A stretch of DNA of 63,544 nt, counting the filler, from Dicyema japonicum (taxonomy: Eukaryota; Animalia; Dicyemida): the NCBI GenBank assembly GCA_011109175.1. It is 4 parts of 4 records of this genome, joined end to end, with 100 filler letters (N's around TTAATTAATTAA, not from the genome) between each part and the next. Parts side by side here need not be neighbours in the genome. Positions count along the whole stretch, not along the records: positions 15,373 to 46,478 come from RDEW01000044.1; 3 more parts are not named here. One strand, 5' to 3'. Below the pieces are notes generated by a model that saw nothing but the letters and a program-made list of their open reading frames with translations, was not told the DNA's origin and made no database searches. Shown here in pieces: positions 26,201 through 38,989 of this stretch; position 1 is the first letter of the stretch, and each line of letters opens with the position of its first letter. A program made the position numbers and the translations under genes.

Positions 26201-29154
26201 GTCCTAATAGTTCCAGGAAACAAGCAACAATTATACAATCTCCTGACCGCTTTCTGGGTAGTCAAAAAATTTCAAATATTTAAAATTTCACATTAAAGAA
26301 GTATCAAATCGTCAATATTTGATTTGAATCGAGTCGACATCAAATTGGATAACAAATCGCTGAGCATTGTGTCCAAAACTCTAGAGATCACAGGGATACT
26401 GTTGGACAAAGTATTTATCAAGAAACGATATTTTTTAAGGCTCTTTTGCAAATTTATCGGATTTTCGACTGTCTTAGAATGTTCAGGACATATAAAGAGA
26501 TCCATTAAAAATTTTAATGTCAACGTTTATTTTGGGAATCCGTCGTTAAATTCAGTTGATCATCTAAAGTTTCAGGATTATCGTCACTAGTCTGATACCC
26601 GGTTGACTTTGACCTTAAGGAAATATTTAAAATAAGACAATATCGTATTTTGTTTGGTTTAAAATCAGAAAAACCTTATTTACAGTAATTAACAAAAAAT
26701 AAGTTTTTTTACACAAGATCGATTACTAAAGGTCAAGACAATTGAGAAATTAGTGTTTTACTTTTTTATGGGAACATAACATGGTGATTTAGGTAGAAAA
26801 TATCTTTACAGTCTATTTTTAAAACCCACAGTATACTTGACGAAGGTTTTATTCAGTTCCCCCGTCAAAATTCCGAGCATTATCCCCTTCCATATTTACC
26901 ATTTTGGGGACTCCACTACTATATTAGTGAAGAGAAAAATTCTTTCTGGGTGCTGGNAAATATCTTTACAGTCTATTTTTAAAACCCAAAGTATACTTGA
27001 CGAAGGTTTTATTCAGTTCCCCCGTCGAAATGGGCGTATCTTTTCCAAGCATTATCCACTTCCATATTCACCATTTTGGGGACTTCACTACTAAATTAGT
27101 GAAGAGAAGATCCTTTCTGGGTGCTGGCCAATCACAGAGCATTTCATGTGTTAGGTAGATTTTATGACGCCTATTAGGAATTGAAGAAAGGCTAGGCGAA
27201 CATAGGAGGAAAAGTCCTTCGACCAAGTAGGTACAGCCTGTTTAAGAATAAGATACATTATAACCTCCCGAATCTGCCAGAAACGGGACCCACAAAATCA
27301 GGTGGATTCTATAGGCAAATTAATACCATTGGTTTCTTACAATGAATAACTTCCAACAAACTGAAGTCTACAACAATCCAAAACTGCTAATATAATTGGA
27401 CAATCGTATGCTTTAATCTTTTGAGTCTCTAAGATATTCAAAATGAAAACCTCGTTTTATATAAGATTTTCAATAAACAACGACACTTGGTCAATCATAG
27501 CAACAAAAAAAATTAATGTTTACATTGTTAAAACAGCTATGGTGGAACAGCATAAAAATTATTTACATTCATTTATTAATTCAGTGAATGATTTTACTTT
27601 TTGCCATATTCGAAGAGTAGTCGTATTTCAATGGTGAGCTAACAGTTTCGATTGACTATTGTCGTTACTGATAGGAAAACCTTATAAAAGTGAATAGGAA
27701 AAAATTTGTTAGAAATGATATCACAAACGGAGTGACCTTATGATTAAAATCTTAAAATACATAATTTCAACACAAAAACAACGTATCCGTCAACATTATT
27801 TCAACAGTAAATCTGTTATATCCGAGCATCCATCAGTAATACTCATCGAATCCGCTTTCCTGTCTTTGAATTCATAACTGTACTACCTTCATTAATAAAT
27901 TATCAAGGCATAACAAGGTCTAGTTGGCCATTTGATCCAACATTTAACAGACATGGATATCTAAATATACAAGAAATCACACAAATTTTCCATACAACAT
28001 CAAAATATGTGCAAATATCCGAATTTTTGTTTCTTCTAAATATATATTTTTCAATCAAAGATTCACGAGGACATTTCCAGCGACAAGTTTTCAGCCATCA
28101 TTAGTTAATAGAATGTAAAGGACAGAAGTCCAACAAGGAGGTCTGTTATCCAGTAACTAATAGAGGGAGTTTAGGATGGAAAGCAATTGATCTAGCAGGC
28201 AGATAACAAACCAGTAACAAATTTCAATAATTTTAGCGGGAAAGTTAGGCTAAATTTTAATTTAAAAGGCATACATTGGATTTTTGTCGCAACTAAAAAG
28301 TATGTTAATTAGCAAAGTGATGCAGATCATGGGAATTAGGATTTTATGAATTTGTCACAAATTTTCGTTTCATTTAGTACATTCTCTTCTAGAAGACTAG
28401 GATTGTAAATTTCCACAGTTCTTCAGTCCTCACTATTGTTCTCAGTAAACTCTTAATAATGTAGAAGCCGAATTTAAGACGGACATGTAAATCCCGTGAA
28501 TCAAATAAAAAGTCATGAACTCCGATTTCCTTAAATATCTAAAAATAATAAAAACTAATACCCTTTAGGTATATCTCTTCAATCTCTCCATTTAGTATTA
28601 TTTATCACACAAATTTGCAATCCTTGATGTAGATAAGCTTTCGTTGTGAATTTAGGGACCAAACTACACGTCCTGCACATACAACCATACATATAATTAA
28701 TTTTTTTAATTTATAAATTTATAAATTTATCATTACTTTTTTAATTAAAAAAAACATTAAATTATAATCATACAAATAAAACCTCTTTTGTGACATGAGA
28801 CTTAACCATTTTACTACGCAAAATTACGCCACGTGGCGCAATGTGGTGCTGCGTGGCTAATTAGTTTAAGTTTTATGTTTGTTTGTCTCTTTATCTTCTC
28901 TCTTCCTATTAGAATGGTGTCATGTGATCCACCTGTCCAGGTGTCCCAGTGCCTGCCCGGCACGAAAAAAATCATTTGCTCACCACCACTGACTGAAGGG
29001 GTTTCCACAAATGCAAGGATGGGCGTCTTTTCCTTTTATACTGATTTAGGATGGACTATGTTTTTGTAGAAGTAGATCTGGATACACTTAAGTTGTTTAC
29101 TTTAACTTTTTTCTTGGTGTATCCGGGGAAAATAAATTTAATTTAATTAAATAT

Positions 29155-32100
29155 TGTGGTGTTGTGTTGTGGTGTATTAGCCGTTCTACTTTTTGGATTG
29201 AACATGACAATGGAAAAGGATCTGAAACCAACACCGAAACCCAAAGAGCATATTTCTCGCACGTCTATCCCCTGCATTATCTGTGGAGAGGCAAACAAGA
29301 GGAAATATAGTATCCAATGTTCCCGTTGCCCAAATTTTGGACACCTTGGGTGCAACAAGCTGACAAGACGGACTGCTCAGTGTTTCCCAAGTTGGTCATG
29401 CCCCACATGCCTTGGGAACCCCACAAGGCAAAAGGAACCGCTCTCTGGTTCAGTCCTGGACCTATTTAACACGGACGAATGTTTACGCCGCCTGAACCGG
29501 CTTGTATCAGAGAGGGTTATCCCACTCAGAATCCCAAAGTCGGTGCGCCTAGCAGCTGCCACGTGTCTCTCAAAACTAATCACCAAAGCAGTCAGTGACA
29601 ACACCCAAGAAGCTTGGATGCGCCTTCTCTGCTTTGCACCTCTAGTCCTCGGATCACATCCGACCGAACTGAAGGAACGGAATGTCAAGTCAATCATCAA
29701 AAGGAACGTTTCTAAATACGAAAGTATCAACCTGGCGGATACACTGGAAAGCATTTCGACTTCTGTTGACTCACCCTCTTCATCCAGAACCAAGAAAAGG
29801 GATCTTCGCAGAGAAATAAACAAGAAGATCATGGTCGGGGACATTCGGGGAGCCCTACGTACACTCTCCAGCAGCGACAAGGTTCTTTCACCAAGCAAAG
29901 AAACCTTAGACCAGTTAGTCCAGAAACATCCGCCCGCACCAGCTGATCTACGTGACACGAAAATTCAAAAGGATGTCCCACAACTAAATGCCACCCCTGA
30001 TGATATTAAATGGGCTATTCGTGCATTCCCTGGAAGAGCGGCGCCGGTCTGGACGGCCTACGACCAAGCCACATAAAAGACCTCACCTCTGTAACAACCG
30101 TCGACACAGGGGACTCCCTCATCGTCTCATTGAATGCTCTTACGAACCACGTTCTTCGGGCAGATATCTCGGAGTATGCTCGAGAACTCCTCTTCGCTTC
30201 GAGGTTGGTAGCCTTCAAGAAGCCTTGCGGCGGGATAAGACCCATCGCCATTGGTAACGTCCTTAGGCGCCTATCGTCGAAGATCGCTGCCAGAGCAGCC
30301 AGCAAGACTTTGAGTGCCGAACTTAGTCCTGTCCAACTCGGAGTTGGAGTACCTAATGGATGTGAAGCAGTAATACATTCAATCCGGAATTTTGTTGCCA
30401 GCCCTCCTGACGCGCAGGATTCAATTATAGTCAAACTGGACATACGTAATGCATTCAATAGCATCCGAAGGGATAGAATCATAGAAGATAGTGTCTCTAG
30501 GATTCCTGAGATCAGCAGGATGGTCAGACTCTCATATGGTTCCCCGTGTACGCTGATCTTCGGACAACACGCCATCAAGTCCAAGACTGGAGTCCAACAA
30601 GGAGACCCACTTGGCCCTCTACTCTTTGCTTTGGGAATCGACTGTGTATCATCTGCGATCAAAACTCCCTTGAACTTATGGTACCTTGATGACGCAACCA
30701 TTGGGGGAGTTGGGAAATTGTTGTGGAAGAAGTTAAACACGTCATCCTTGCCCTCGCGGCACTCGGACTGGAGCCGAATCCATCGAAGTGCGAAGTTATT
30801 AACGTGACCTGTGGAGAGGACACCTTTGAACGCGCAATAACGACCATTTCTACTTGCCTCCAGGACATCAAAGTCACCAGACTAGAAAAGGCGATCTTCC
30901 TCGGATCTCCTCTGTATGACATGTCAACTGTCCTGAAGGAGAAGAGTGAATCCGTACAGCTGCTCACGCACAATCTAAAGGCTTTGGACTCCCACATTTC
31001 TCTCTTCATCCTCAAGAATTTTCACCTTACACCACGACTCCTTTTTTTTCTACGGACATCCCCATGTTTCACAAACATGGATTTCTTGAGAGTTATCGAT
31101 GAGAAGCTGAGGACCTCTGTTGAAGAAACACTTAACATCTCTCTGGATAAAGCAGGGTGGACCCAATGCAAGTTACCACTTCGTTATGGAGGAATTGGGA
31201 TACGCTCGCCACTTGAACTCGCCCTCCCAGCTTTTCTGTCTTCGACATATGCTTCCCGTGGTCTAGTTAACCAGATCCTACGCTACATTAACGGATCGGA
31301 CACTGAACCAATGGCATGCATGGCTCACGATGTTTGGATTGGACTTAATTTGGGACTCCCGAAGAACTTCAACAAACAACGAGACTGGAACGAACTTGTA
31401 TGTTCGAGGACCATCGATGAGCTAAAACCACAACTCGACCAGCAGAACCAATGGCATGCATGGCTCACGATGTTTGGATTGGACTTAATTTGGGACTCCC
31501 GAAGAACTTCAACAAACAACGAGACTGGAACGAACTTGTATGTTCGAGGACCATCGATGAGCTAAAACCACAACTCGACCAGCATCGTATGGCTTGTCTG
31601 GCTACCGCATCAACAAACGTAAACGGTGCATGGCTCAAAGCATTCCCGTGCATTTCACTCGGAACTTTTCTGGACGATGACTCCACGAGGATTGGGGTTT
31701 GCGTCCGCCTCGGAATCGATGTTTGCGCAATCCATCGCTGTAGATGTGGAGGAATAGTCGACGCGAAAGGACTCCACGCACTTTCCTATTGAAGGAGCGC
31801 TGGAAGGAGCCTGAGACATAGTGCAATCAACAAGGTTATTGCGTGTGGACTAGAAGCTGTCGGATTCCCTGTCCAGATGGAGCCCCTAGGACTTGCCACG
31901 GCAAACAGAAGGCCGGATGGAGCGACTCTGTTCCCGTGTGATGCTGGGAAGTACCTGGCTTGGGATGCCACCTGCGTAGATAGCTTCTCCCCATCCAATA
32001 TTACAATGAGTGCGACAAATCCAGGCTCAGCTGCAGAGAAAGCAGAAATACTTAAAGCAAAGAAGTACACATGCCTCGGCGAGCATTACACATTTCAACC

Positions 32101-32320
32101 AGTCGAATTCGAAACTTCTGGAGTCATAGGAAGCAGGTCGTTAGCCCTGCTCAACAAAATTGGATCGTTAGTCGCTAAAAGGAAGAGGGATGTCAGAGAG
32201 AAGGGCTGGCTCATTGAGCGCATCTCCATACAGATCGTAAGGGGAAATGCGCTCTCAATCCTGAGAGCAGCCAGTAGCCTTTAACTATTTGGTTTTATTC
32301 TTTAATAAATTGTTATTGGT
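29155..32320 (+). mobile_element. Near full-length CRE-like RLE retrotransposon, single ORF PHD-RT-CCHC-RLE (2 frameshifts, 1 stop, 1 internal duplication)
   Basis: PHD: CIIC..CSRC...GHLGC...WSCPTC. RT: GIRPIAIG, KLDIRNAFNSI, GVQQGDPLGPLLF, WYLDD and GGIGI. Finger: CRCG..H.LS. RLE: RPDGAT..WDATC..KAKKY. Frameshifts lie near 30030 and 30720, and a TGA is at 31790. Confidence 0.93.
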
Positions 32321-33989
32321 TTAACAAAAATAAGCCAAATGAGGCCTAAATAATATTATTTGTGTCATTACTTGGGTATAACTTTCTCACTTAATAATCA
32401 CTTATAAAATCAATACATTAATTATATATTTTAATGTGACTCCAATATACAGTCAGAAACATGGGAATATAAAACATTCATGTGAATATATAGTGGTTAT
32501 GCACNCAAATTTTATCTCGGATGACCTGAAATTCAAATCAGGGCATCAAAAGTCCGTTGTATTCTTAACTGACATACAAAAGATTTTTGATAAATTGGAT
32601 CACAAGCAAACTCTAAACATGGATTGCTATGTCTCTCAGAGGTCGAAGGTGTCAAGAACTTCTAAGTCAATCACTAAATTCGTATTCTCTCGTTGGACAT
32701 GCTATTGTGAATTAATATGATTTATTGACTTTTTTTTATTTTTTCCTATTTTGTAGCATCACCTATAATCATTCAAATAGCTGTAGATAACAAAAAAGCG
32801 CTGGTGATCCATCTTCTCTTAGAAGAAGAGTGTACCACCAACTCTTTCTTATTTCTCAACTTCATGTCAGAGCTAGTTGAAATATCGCTGTTAGAGTTCA
32901 GTGGGATGTCCTCACAACATGTAAGTTTCACGATCCTATGCACAATGACGGAAAAACCTCTTCTGTTATGTAAGCAACTTGCATTCTCATCGCCAAAGAA
33001 AAAACATTTTATGAAGTGGTTTCTCTTACTATACAGAAACTAAGATAGACTATAGGAACATATACGGCCAATATTATTATGCCCTGATGGGGGACAAATT
33101 TAGCAAATATGCAAGATAATTGAAAACTTCTACTCGTCACACCTTTTGTTAACTTTACTCTTTTCGAGATCACAGTGAGGATAATAGGAATGTTTTTAAT
33201 CCTACGTGAAGTCCTATTAGTAGTGCGAACCTACATGATTCGTGGGATACCGTGAAGAACATAGAGCGATGATCAGATGATTCCTTAGAATGGCAGAGAT
33301 TACTTAATGGATACTTTTCCCTTTCCTTAATTTGGTGATGATTCTTGGAATTAAATAAATACATTTTTCAAGATATTCCGTTTGGCCCATCTCATAATTC
33401 ATAAGTACATCAAAAAATCATATGCTTTCCGGTTCATCTCAGCAGCTAATCACTCCGCTTAAGGTTCCATGCATCTACAGGCTTCCTTAATTGATGCTTT
33501 ATATAGATATTATGATCCCTCACTACAGAACGGATTTTCTCACTTGCAACTAAAAGAAAGAAATTGAGAGTATTTTTGCCCCTTTCTAACGATTAATTTA
33601 AACATCAGTTAATTACTCCTAAAATGTGTGTTAAAGCTAGAAAGAGATGAAAAACTGATTAATAAGATTTGGATCTTCAGTCGGGGTTATTATAGTGAGT
33701 CACCATATGTCTCGGTTGAGAAACCTCACTTACCTCTCACGTGACCACATGTGACACAAAATATCTCATATCTAGCCTGATCCATCTCATATGCTGATAA
33801 TATGTTGGATTTTAAATTCAATCTGTCATTTTATTGTAAATCTTCAGGTTTATCCAGTAGATCCAAAAATTTATCTCCTTCCACAGTTCCATACCATCCT
33901 TGGAAACCAAATAACAAGAACTGCCCAATACGACCTATAAAGAAGTGCGGTCAATGGACCAGTTTCTTTCTTTTTTATCATTTTCCCTA

Positions 33990-34180
33990 TATCGTTTTTG
34001 CGATCCAATTCAGGAAGGTCAGGGATCTGCTTCCTATGAGTCCTGATATTTCCACTGCGAATGCAGTTTCTTTCTTTTTTATCATTTTCCCTATATCGTT
34101 TTTGCGATCCAATTCAGGAAGGTCAGGGATCTGCTTCCTATGAGTCCTGATATTTCCACTGCGAATGGTTCAAAAAGTAA
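33990..34180 (-). mobile_element. Tiny CRE-like C-terminal fragment, locally duplicated
   Basis: FEPFAVEISGLIGSRSLTFLN matches FQPVEFETSGVIGSRSLALLN of the 29155 element. Confidence 0.65.
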
Positions 34181-36893
34181 ACTGTCCACGGTAACACTCG
34201 CATCTCTTCTCTTTAGGGTTTCAACCATTTTTTTCTAATGATATTCTTTTTGAGTGATCTTGATCTCCTTTCTACTCTATCGATTTAGACAGCTCAAATT
34301 CTTATTTTCAAGCTTGATGTTACTCTTCAATTTGGAATCGTCGAATACAAAATCTGTAATCCACTTTGGAACATCAGAATTAACCAAACCGTGAGGACCT
34401 CAGTTCTATACTGTCAAGAATTTGTTTTTGAGGGCGACTCGTAATATTTACGAATTTTTCATTACGCCTGTTTTTATCATTTTACTTCATTTACTATCCA
34501 TTTTGTCATTAGCAAGTCTAATATTCGACTTTTCACATTTAAATGTGAAAATTGGTAATTAAAAAGTCGTTAAATGAGGATTGAAACTAAAAGGAATGCT
34601 CCCATTTGCCTTAAGTCTTCAATATTCGCTCTACATTGATTAAGATTAGCTGGTGTCGAGTTGGTATTTTGTAAAATATGTCAATTCCACGTATGTTAGA
34701 TAAATCCGTATGATTCAAAAAATGTCATATTTTATCGGTAATTTGAATCACAGTTCCCCAATCCCCCAGAGAACACCTACCGTGAATTGGAACGAAGTGG
34801 AAGGAATCCCAAGCGAAAAACATTTTTCCATCTTCTTTCGTTTGCCAGAGTAAATGGCAGGACAGTCTAGTTTTTTATTTGGTTTCACATTTGTCAGGGA
34901 ATAAGTATCATCCATAGCCTCAGGCGGAATAAAAAACCCTAAGTTCCGATCACAGAAGGAAAAATCGGATACACGAGGTATCCAAGTTCTCATCAGTCAA
35001 AAATTGAAAGAACTGAAGGACAAAAATCGTAAATATAAATATTTAGAATGTGCATCTAATAAATATAGTAATCAATTCCAAAATTCGGTCAGAAAAAAGA
35101 AATAAAGACTTTGGTAGCAAATTAAGCTGCCTATAACAATCAAGTTGCAATTATTATGCGCTCAGTCTTTCTGATTAAGTGGTAGCTCCAAACTCAGGAA
35201 AAATCCATTCATTAATGAAGATCAAGCACTAAGTCAAGCATTTTTTGTAAAAATTTAATAATCTTGAAATTATAAACACAGGAATGGTGTATTTATTTTG
35301 GTTAATAAAGTTTAATCTTGTTATTGAATCTTTCATATTAATGCTAATAAATCATTTTGATGTGGAAGAAGACTGATTTCTGTTAACAGACAAATTGATG
35401 AACGACAAGGGAGAACCACACACCGCAAGCTGTGTGAGAAAGAATTTGCTGCTATTAGAAAATACTTGGAGAGACTCAAAGAATAAGCTTTAAACCTCCA
35501 GCAGTGAGATTCAAACAAGGGTCAACTTCGTTTTAGACTTCCATGGAACAAAGGGTCCATTTACTTCATTTGGAGACTTGTTGATTAGTGCATACTCTTT
35601 TACCCCCTTATTTTTCTCTCGAAAAAGTAGCTATACTTTTTCACATATTCTCACATTCACATAAGTGAATGATACGCAAGATACTTTGTAATCAAGCTTC
35701 TCAGCAGCCTAAAGCAGGTAAATGCGTGGAACTTTCAACCGAATGGACAGCAGCGAGATTTGAATCAGGGACCACCACATTTTGGTCGGCTAATCTGTTG
35801 GAGACTTGGATTGTCCTTATTTGTCATTAAAAAGGTGACTCCGTATAAAACCCATGCCGACATTAATAGCCCTCTGAATAAGACGACATATAGAGTTGTG
35901 TAATGACGGACTATTCTAAGAAATTGTAAATTACAAGTTAGAAACTGTAACCCAAGCACGTGCGCTTACAAGTTAGAAAGGTAAGTAACTGTCATCAAAC
36001 TTATTTCTAATGTCGAACTCTCCACCAGACTTGGTTGTCAAGAGTCTGGTTGCATCTAGAACAGATTTCATCGCCCACTTTATGGTAGATGCTTTTAAAC
36101 GCTCTCCAAACAAAGACATCTCAGAATCTTCTAGGTAACCCGTCTCATACCAGTTTTATGCAATCGGCGGAATCATTCTGCAATATTCAAAAATCTCATC
36201 ATAAATGATGAGTTTATTTAACTTTTCCTGATGATTCTTATTTTTTTATTTACTTACCCTCGATCCTTTCAAGTGGAAAACTGGTGGGTAACAAAAACGC
36301 TACAGCCAAAAGCGTACGCACCAGACATCCGTCAGGTGTATTTGGTTCTGAAGAAACTAGTAAGTGGACCCAGACAAGTTAAGAGATGATCCTGGTCTCC
36401 AAGAAAGCACGATGGGCATAGTGGAGAGGACGATTGTCCAATCTTCACAGATATGAATGTAAATTCAAATGATGATCACAATTTAGGTACGCAAGTGACG
36501 CGAACCTCCTGGGTAGGGAGCTTCGTCTCAGTCAACAATAGGTGGAATACGCTCCAGAAGATTGTTTATACCAAGGCTTCTGATAGTTTTGGTGGATAAC
36601 CAGTCATGGATAGTTTTCTGTCGTGTCTGAGTATCTGAGATGGTTTTTAGAATCCGAATTTGATCTCCAAGAGTAGGAATAATTCGCCTTTTGTTTGTGG
36701 AGACCCAAAGCCAGTAAGCTGGATGTCTCAGCATTTTACATTTGTCAAGGAATTGTAGACTTAGCATCTTATATGGTCCCTAATTGGGAGAATTTTTTAT
36801 TCCAGTCAAGGTGGTCAATTTTTTGTGGTTTTTAGAACCCAGTTCATTTATTTATTTAACATCTCAAGACCACGGTAAAACCAAAACTAACTA

Positions 36894-37230
36894 TCACGTG
36901 ATCCCGATGCGCTTCTCCAAAATCCTCATTCTTTCCCGGTGCTCCTCCCTCGTACCCACACAAGCTCGTACAGGGCGGCTGACTGTATTTGCAGGGCCAC
37001 CTTCCCGCATGCCGGAGTTTTGTTTAATGAGGGCCTCCAGAGTAGTCGGTCCGGTTCTGTGTCTCCCACAAGACCACCGCTCCGTCATTCTAAAAGCCTT
37101 CTTTTGAACGTCCTCGATTTTCTTAGTGTTCGTCCATGATAATGAAGGTCCCCACGAAGCACAAGCGTACGAGAAACATGGTTCGATGTATTGCTTGTAA
37201 ATGTTCATCAAGACCGGGTCGTTTGTATTT
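36894..37230 (-). mobile_element. LINE RT C-terminal fragment
   Basis: NIYKQYIEP.FSYACASW...KKIEDVQKKAFR is a typical post-RT LINE segment. Confidence 0.65.
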
Positions 37231-37929
37231 TTTTCAACGTTTGATTCTTAATTTTTATATTATTTTTTAATAATAGTAATTTTATTAAAATGAAGGTAAA
37301 GTTAGTTGAGACTACATGGTCTCTATAATCGATAGCCCAATGTTCTGGATGAGCCATCGCGTTATTCTATACTCATCCTTTGCAACCCTCAAGATATCCG
37401 ATGAAGTCAGGCGTGCTTGGGACAATAATGCCATCATCTCAGCAGAGATCGGCAGTAAAACAAGACGGCCCTTAATGTCGCGATACTTCCTTCTTTTCAA
37501 ATCTTTAGGAATTCTCACCGAAAAAACTGCACGCAGCAATGACTTGAGCAAATTACCATCTGAGAATTGTACATGACGTTGAATCCAAAGCAAGACACTT
37601 CCCTTGGCTCCATGTCAGGGTTGGTATTAGAAACAATCAAAATATCAGTAAAATATATAAACTACAATATCTGGTGCAATCATTAGTTGTTCTCATATTC
37701 TGTATGCTACAATACTATTATTAATATCCCTCCACTCCTCTTCACTTGCTGAAAATAATATCAATATTACAGAATCAGAATATTTACGTTGCAATTTTCG
37801 GTTAAACTAAAATATTTATTATATATTTAAAATTATATAATTTTCTTGTAATTTAAGTGGATCTATTTGTAAACTTTCTTGGTTGAGTTAGTGACGTGGC
37901 TCTTTAAATGCAGTCTGAAAAATACAAGA

Positions 37930-38056
37930 TTCAATGGGATGGCCTCAACCTACTCTCGTTTAATGTCAGGGGGATCTCGAAGACATGGATGAGGAAAACA
38001 CTGTGCGATGATTTAAAGAAGTACCGCATCTCTATCGGATGCCTGCAAGAAACGAA
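37930..38056 (+). mobile_element. RTE-like APE N-terminus fragment
   Basis: LNLLSFNVRGISK...DDLKKYRISIGCLQET, cut by a single-n join. Confidence 0.7.
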
Positions 38057-38057
38057 N

Positions 38058-38989
38058 TTGACTTTTGTGGGGAAGATGTGACTCCCGAAAAGAATGGATT
38101 GGTCCTCCGATCAATTATATCTAATGGATCCGGGTATTTGGTACCTAGAGATTGGTCAAAGGTTAAAAGTATGAGTTTAATGGTAATTTTGATAGTATCA
38201 TACAAAGTGACCCACAAAAATGAAATAATTGGCGGGCAAATGAGAAGAAACTTGTGGAAGGAGTTGAGTTCGCAGTAAAATACATGCGGAAAGGCGAACG
38301 TGCCCTTTTCGTCATGAAGTACTCCCTTTCCTGTCGTGTATTGGAGACTGATGATGTGTCCAAATTTCCAAAGGACCACGAGGTCGAGTATGACATCACT
38401 CTGAATGATTTCGAGATTGTAAAAAATTTTCATGATTTTAGGTGAAACAGTTCTATGATATGAACAATGAAGAGAAGCTCAATATGGTGGACTATATTAA
38501 AAAGAGGGGAATGATTTATTGGAGAAGAAGTGCTACAACGCAGCTTATAGGTGCTATGAAAGTGGCAAGAAGTATGTCGAGGACTGGGAGACTGATAAGG
38601 TTCCCGCAGAACAGCTTAAGTCCATGACCTCTTATTGTCTATCGCTTAAGCTTAACATGTCGCTGACCTGTTTCAGGCTTGGGCGGTTCAGAGAAGCCCT
38701 CAAGCATGCGGAAGAAGCACTTGGGGTTGACTCGTCTTCGTATAAGGGACTTTGGAGGGCTGCTAAAGTATGAGAATAATTTTAGTGTAGGCATTATGTG
38801 AACTGCGGGAATTCGACAAGGCTTTGGAACAGGCAGAAGAATGTGGAGTGAATTGCGAAGAGGTCGAACGTGAGATCAGGAGAGTCAATGGACTGAAGGA
38901 TGGCGACAAGGCCGCAGAGAGAGCTTTTTATATGAATGCGGTCAGAAAAATCATGGTGATTTTTGGTCATTTATTATTAGGCTGAGTAG
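38058..38989 (+). pseudogene. FKBP4/FKBP5-like peptidyl-prolyl isomerase with TPR domain; 5' end missing, two frameshifts
   Basis: Encodes EDVT..NG.VLRSII..G.GY..P, GVEFAVKYMRKGERA, VEYDITLNDFE|VKQFYDMNNEEKL, and TPR motifs LNMSLTCFRL..ALGVDSSSYKGLWRAAK|ALCEL. Introns lie at 38169-38195 (27 nt), 38419-38441 (23), 38768-38790 (23) and 38956-38980 (25). Frameshifts near 38235 and 38510 indicate a pseudogene or consensus error. Confidence 0.85.

Noticed and set aside
29990-30740. Two successive -1 frame changes as programmed frameshifting in the CRE ORF
   Set aside because: There is no clear slippery heptamer, the breaks fall inside conserved coding blocks, and the copy also has a premature TGA, so mutation or consensus error is more likely.
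29377-31015. Long antisense ORFs (193, 241 and 118 aa) opposite the CRE ORF
   Set aside because: They have no motifs and are typical shadow frames of a GC-richer coding strand.
37312-37593. 93-aa minus-strand ORF with coding-like composition (similarly 23726-24019, 24335-24532, 26324-26590, 62874-63197)
   Set aside because: There is no recognisable motif and no complete gene model could be built, so these are left uncalled.
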